Notes under the pieces: generated by a model | What the model saw: only the letters and a program-made list of their open reading frames with translations | The model's database searches: none | What the model was told of the DNA's origin: nothing | In this document: in pieces, positions 53,361 to 55,098 of the stretch | How the letters are laid out: every line of letters begins with the position of its first letter | How positions within the stretch are numbered: position 1 is the stretch's first letter | NCBI GenBank assembly: GCA_030751995.1 | Contig: JASMFB010000002.1 | Location: 1-55,098, forward strand | Direction of reading: 5' to 3' | DNA from: Candidatus Thalassarchaeaceae archaeon | GTDB lineage: Archaea > Thermoplasmatota > Poseidoniia > Poseidoniales > Thalassarchaeaceae | Length of the DNA: 55,098 bases | Program-made: the position numbers and the translations under genes

Positions 53361-53470
53361 TGGTCCGAGCGGCCGGATTTGAACCAGCGATTCCCTGATG
53401 GCTGCCTTGTCTACAACCGTGGATTTCACGTCTACAGTCAGGTGCATTGGCCAGGCTATGCTACGCTCGG
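53361..53470 (-). tRNA. tRNA-Tyr (anticodon GUA) with a 32-nt intron at 37/38 and an encoded CCA
   Basis: Hand fold of the minus strand: acceptor CCGAGCG/CGCUCGG, D stem GCAU/AUGC, anticodon stem CCUGA/UCAGG, loop CUGUAG|A, T arm GCUGG-UUCAAAU-CCGGC, discriminator A plus CCA. Exons are 53470..53432 and 53399..53361, and the intron is 53431..53400. A bulge-helix-bulge core is visible: the 4-bp helix CUGU/GCAG flanked by the 3-nt bulges AGA and CCA. Confidence 0.85.
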
Positions 53471-53632
53471 GTTGAATTCGCCCATCGTCACCGGCTATTT
53501 GTGCGTAGCGCCTTCATTCTGGGCTATCAGGTACAGTCGGGAATTGGGCTTCCTATGCGGGCTTCAACCGCGATGGTTAATACGTGGTGCAAGACGAACT
53601 CGACATTACAGGTGTAACCTGTGGTGGATGCC

Positions 53633-54808
53633 ATGGATGGGGAACAAGTGACTGAACAGGGGTCTGGAACTCCGCTCGGGCCAGCCTACGAGGAATTGGT
53701 GGGTGAATTGAAGCGTGATTTGGATAACAAGCAGTCTACTGCATTGCTCAACGAGGATGTTTCCAATTTTGGTGTTCCAGATCCACGAATTCTCATCTGC
53801 GGTTGTGGCGGTTCAGGTAACAACACGATGAACAGAATCACCCATCTTGGAGTTGAAGGTGCCATCACCGTTGCCATCAACACCGACAAACAACATCTCG
53901 ATCACACCCGAGCTTTGCAGAAACTTCTGGTCGGACGTCACATCACCCGCGGATTGGGTGCTGGAGGCGATCCCTCAACTGGAAGGAAGTGTGCTGAGGC
54001 AGGGAGAGATGTCATCACTCAGATTGTCTCAGGTGCAGACCTTGTTTTCATCACCGCTGGACTAGGCGGAGGAACTGGAACTGGAATCGCACCGATTGTG
54101 GCTGAGGAAGCCAAGCGTTCTGGCGCACTTGTGGTCGCTGTGGTGACTACGCCGTTCCAAGTTGAGCGGCGTCAAAGGATGCTGCGCGCCCTAGAAGGAT
54201 TAGAGGCACTGCGTCAGGAAGCAGATGCTGTTCTGGTTTTGGACAACAACCGACTCCTGCACTACGTGCCAAATCTACCATTGGATGAGGCCTTCAGCAT
54301 CATGGACCAGTTGATTGCTGAAATTGTCAAGGGAATTGTCGAAACAATCACCCTGCCCAGCCTGATTAATCTCGACTTCGCGGATGTTCGAACCATCATG
54401 AAGGGTGGCGGTGTCACAATGATGCTGTACGGTGAGAGCGATCGTGGCCCAGAAGAGGTTGTTCACGAATCATTGAATCATCCCTTGCTTGACATCGACA
54501 TCGATGGTGCGACCGGCGCGTTGATTCACGTCACGGGTGGACCGTACATGACACTGGAACAAGCCAGCCAGGTGGTCGATTTGATGACCGGACGATTGAG
54601 TCCAGATGCCAACGTGATTTTCGGTGCAAGACAGGATCCTGGCTTTGGAGATACCATCAAAATCATGGCGATTATTACCGGCGTTGCCAACGACCGATTG
54701 ACCGATGCGGTGATGGAACCCGACAAGTTAGGTGAAGCACTCAATATCGCTCGACAGCGAGGCGCTCAAGGACCCGGATTTGGTTCGATTCAGCGCTTTG
54801 ATTCGTGA
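53633..54808 (+). CDS. ftsZ: Cell division GTPase FtsZ
   Basis: [15 protein letters not shown], the tubulin signature [17 protein letters not shown], and [11 protein letters not shown]. The ATG at 53633 is preferred over the GTG at 53621. Confidence 0.95.
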   Translation: MDGEQVTEQGSGTPLGPAYEELVGELKRDLDNKQSTALLNEDVSNFGVPDPRILICGCGGSGNNTMNRITHLGVEGAITVAINTDKQHLDHTRALQKLLVGRHITRGLGAGGDPSTGRKCAEAGRDVITQIVSGADLVFITAGLGGGTGTGIAPIVAEEAKRSGALVVAVVTTPFQVERRQRMLRALEGLEALRQEADAVLVLDNNRLLHYVPNLPLDEAFSIMDQLIAEIVKGIVETITLPSLINLDFADVRTIMKGGGVTMMLYGESDRGPEEVVHESLNHPLLDIDIDGATGALIHVTGGPYMTLEQASQVVDLMTGRLSPDANVIFGARQDPGFGDTIKIMAIITGVANDRLTDAVMEPDKLGEALNIARQRGAQGPGFGSIQRFDS

Positions 54809-54867
54809 TTTGGCCTTTAGGCCATACAACCCGAATGCTCAAACGGGGCCGATGTTACCGTTGTTCC

Positions 54868-55098
54868 ATGGACCGCCGTGGCCTCACTGTGACCCTCATC
54901 GCTCTGATGATGGTCGTCATGCTGACATCTTCAACAACCGCATCGCCGGGAATTGAAGCAGGTATCATGCAATCGCCGGGCTCGGAAGATGGGCAACCAG
55001 ATGCAGAGAACAACACGCTCTATTTGTTCGGCAATGCACAACTCACCAACTGCTTCTCTAAGTTCAACAATACCGATGCAGAGAGTGCGAACTACGGT
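54868..55098 (+). CDS. Secreted protein, N-terminal fragment (runs off window)
   Basis: Own translation from ATG 54868: MDRRGLTVTLIALMMVVMLTSSTTASPGIEAGIMQSPGSEDGQPDAENNTLYLFGNAQLTNCF... This is signal-peptide-like and remains open to the window end. It is not in the ORF track. Confidence 0.5.
   Translation, partial: MDRRGLTVTLIALMMVVMLTSSTTASPGIEAGIMQSPGSEDGQPDAENNTLYLFGNAQLTNCFSKFNNTDAESANYG

Noticed and set aside
53379-53651. A 90-aa plus-strand ORF.
   Set aside because: It overlaps the tRNA-Tyr gene and the ftsZ promoter region. It is better explained as a chance ORF over a structured RNA gene.

Overview
A 55.1-kb, roughly 93% coding segment of an archaeal chromosome. Archaeal markers are ribosomal proteins L15e and uS2, aIF-1A, a Rio kinase, a Dim2-like KH protein, FtsZ, RNase Z, a tRNA-Tyr with a 37/38 intron, and an 11-subunit nuoABCDHIJ1J2KLMN operon with split NuoJ and no NuoEFG. 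The acidic proteins, the reversed hydroxyacyl-CoA dehydrogenase/enoyl-CoA hydratase fusion and the many giant secreted proteins fit a planktonic Thermoplasmatota genome such as Marine Group II/Poseidoniales. That placement is inference only. About one third of the window encodes secreted or membrane-anchored proteins in two islands, 16.5-21.8 kb and 36.2-51.1 kb, which flank the aIF1A/Rio/nuo housekeeping block. The rest comprises an ABC exporter-like module with a 1064-aa tandem-FtsX permease and two ATPases, a divergent glycosyltransferase pair, three consecutive wHTH regulators and a Dus enzyme. I saw no rRNA, CRISPR array, transposase or integrase. Genes inside operons carry strong GGAGGTGA-type Shine-Dalgarno sites, often with ATGA or TTGA start/stop overlap. 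Operon-first genes look leaderless, with a TATA-like box about 25-33 nt from the ATG. The items most worth a second look are: (1) a stand-alone Cas4-family nuclease interrupted by four transmembrane helices; (2) a 15-kb, five-gene surface operon with an S8 protease, a 1468-aa orphan protein, and PKD and CARDB-like repeat proteins; (3) three surface proteins that each end in a cytoplasmic zinc ribbon; (4) a calmodulin-like EF-hand pair in a multidomain archaeal protein; (5) an aIF-1A with an 80-aa acidic tail ending DDDIDSLFGPA; (6) lineage-specific insertions in NuoI, NuoH and NuoL.
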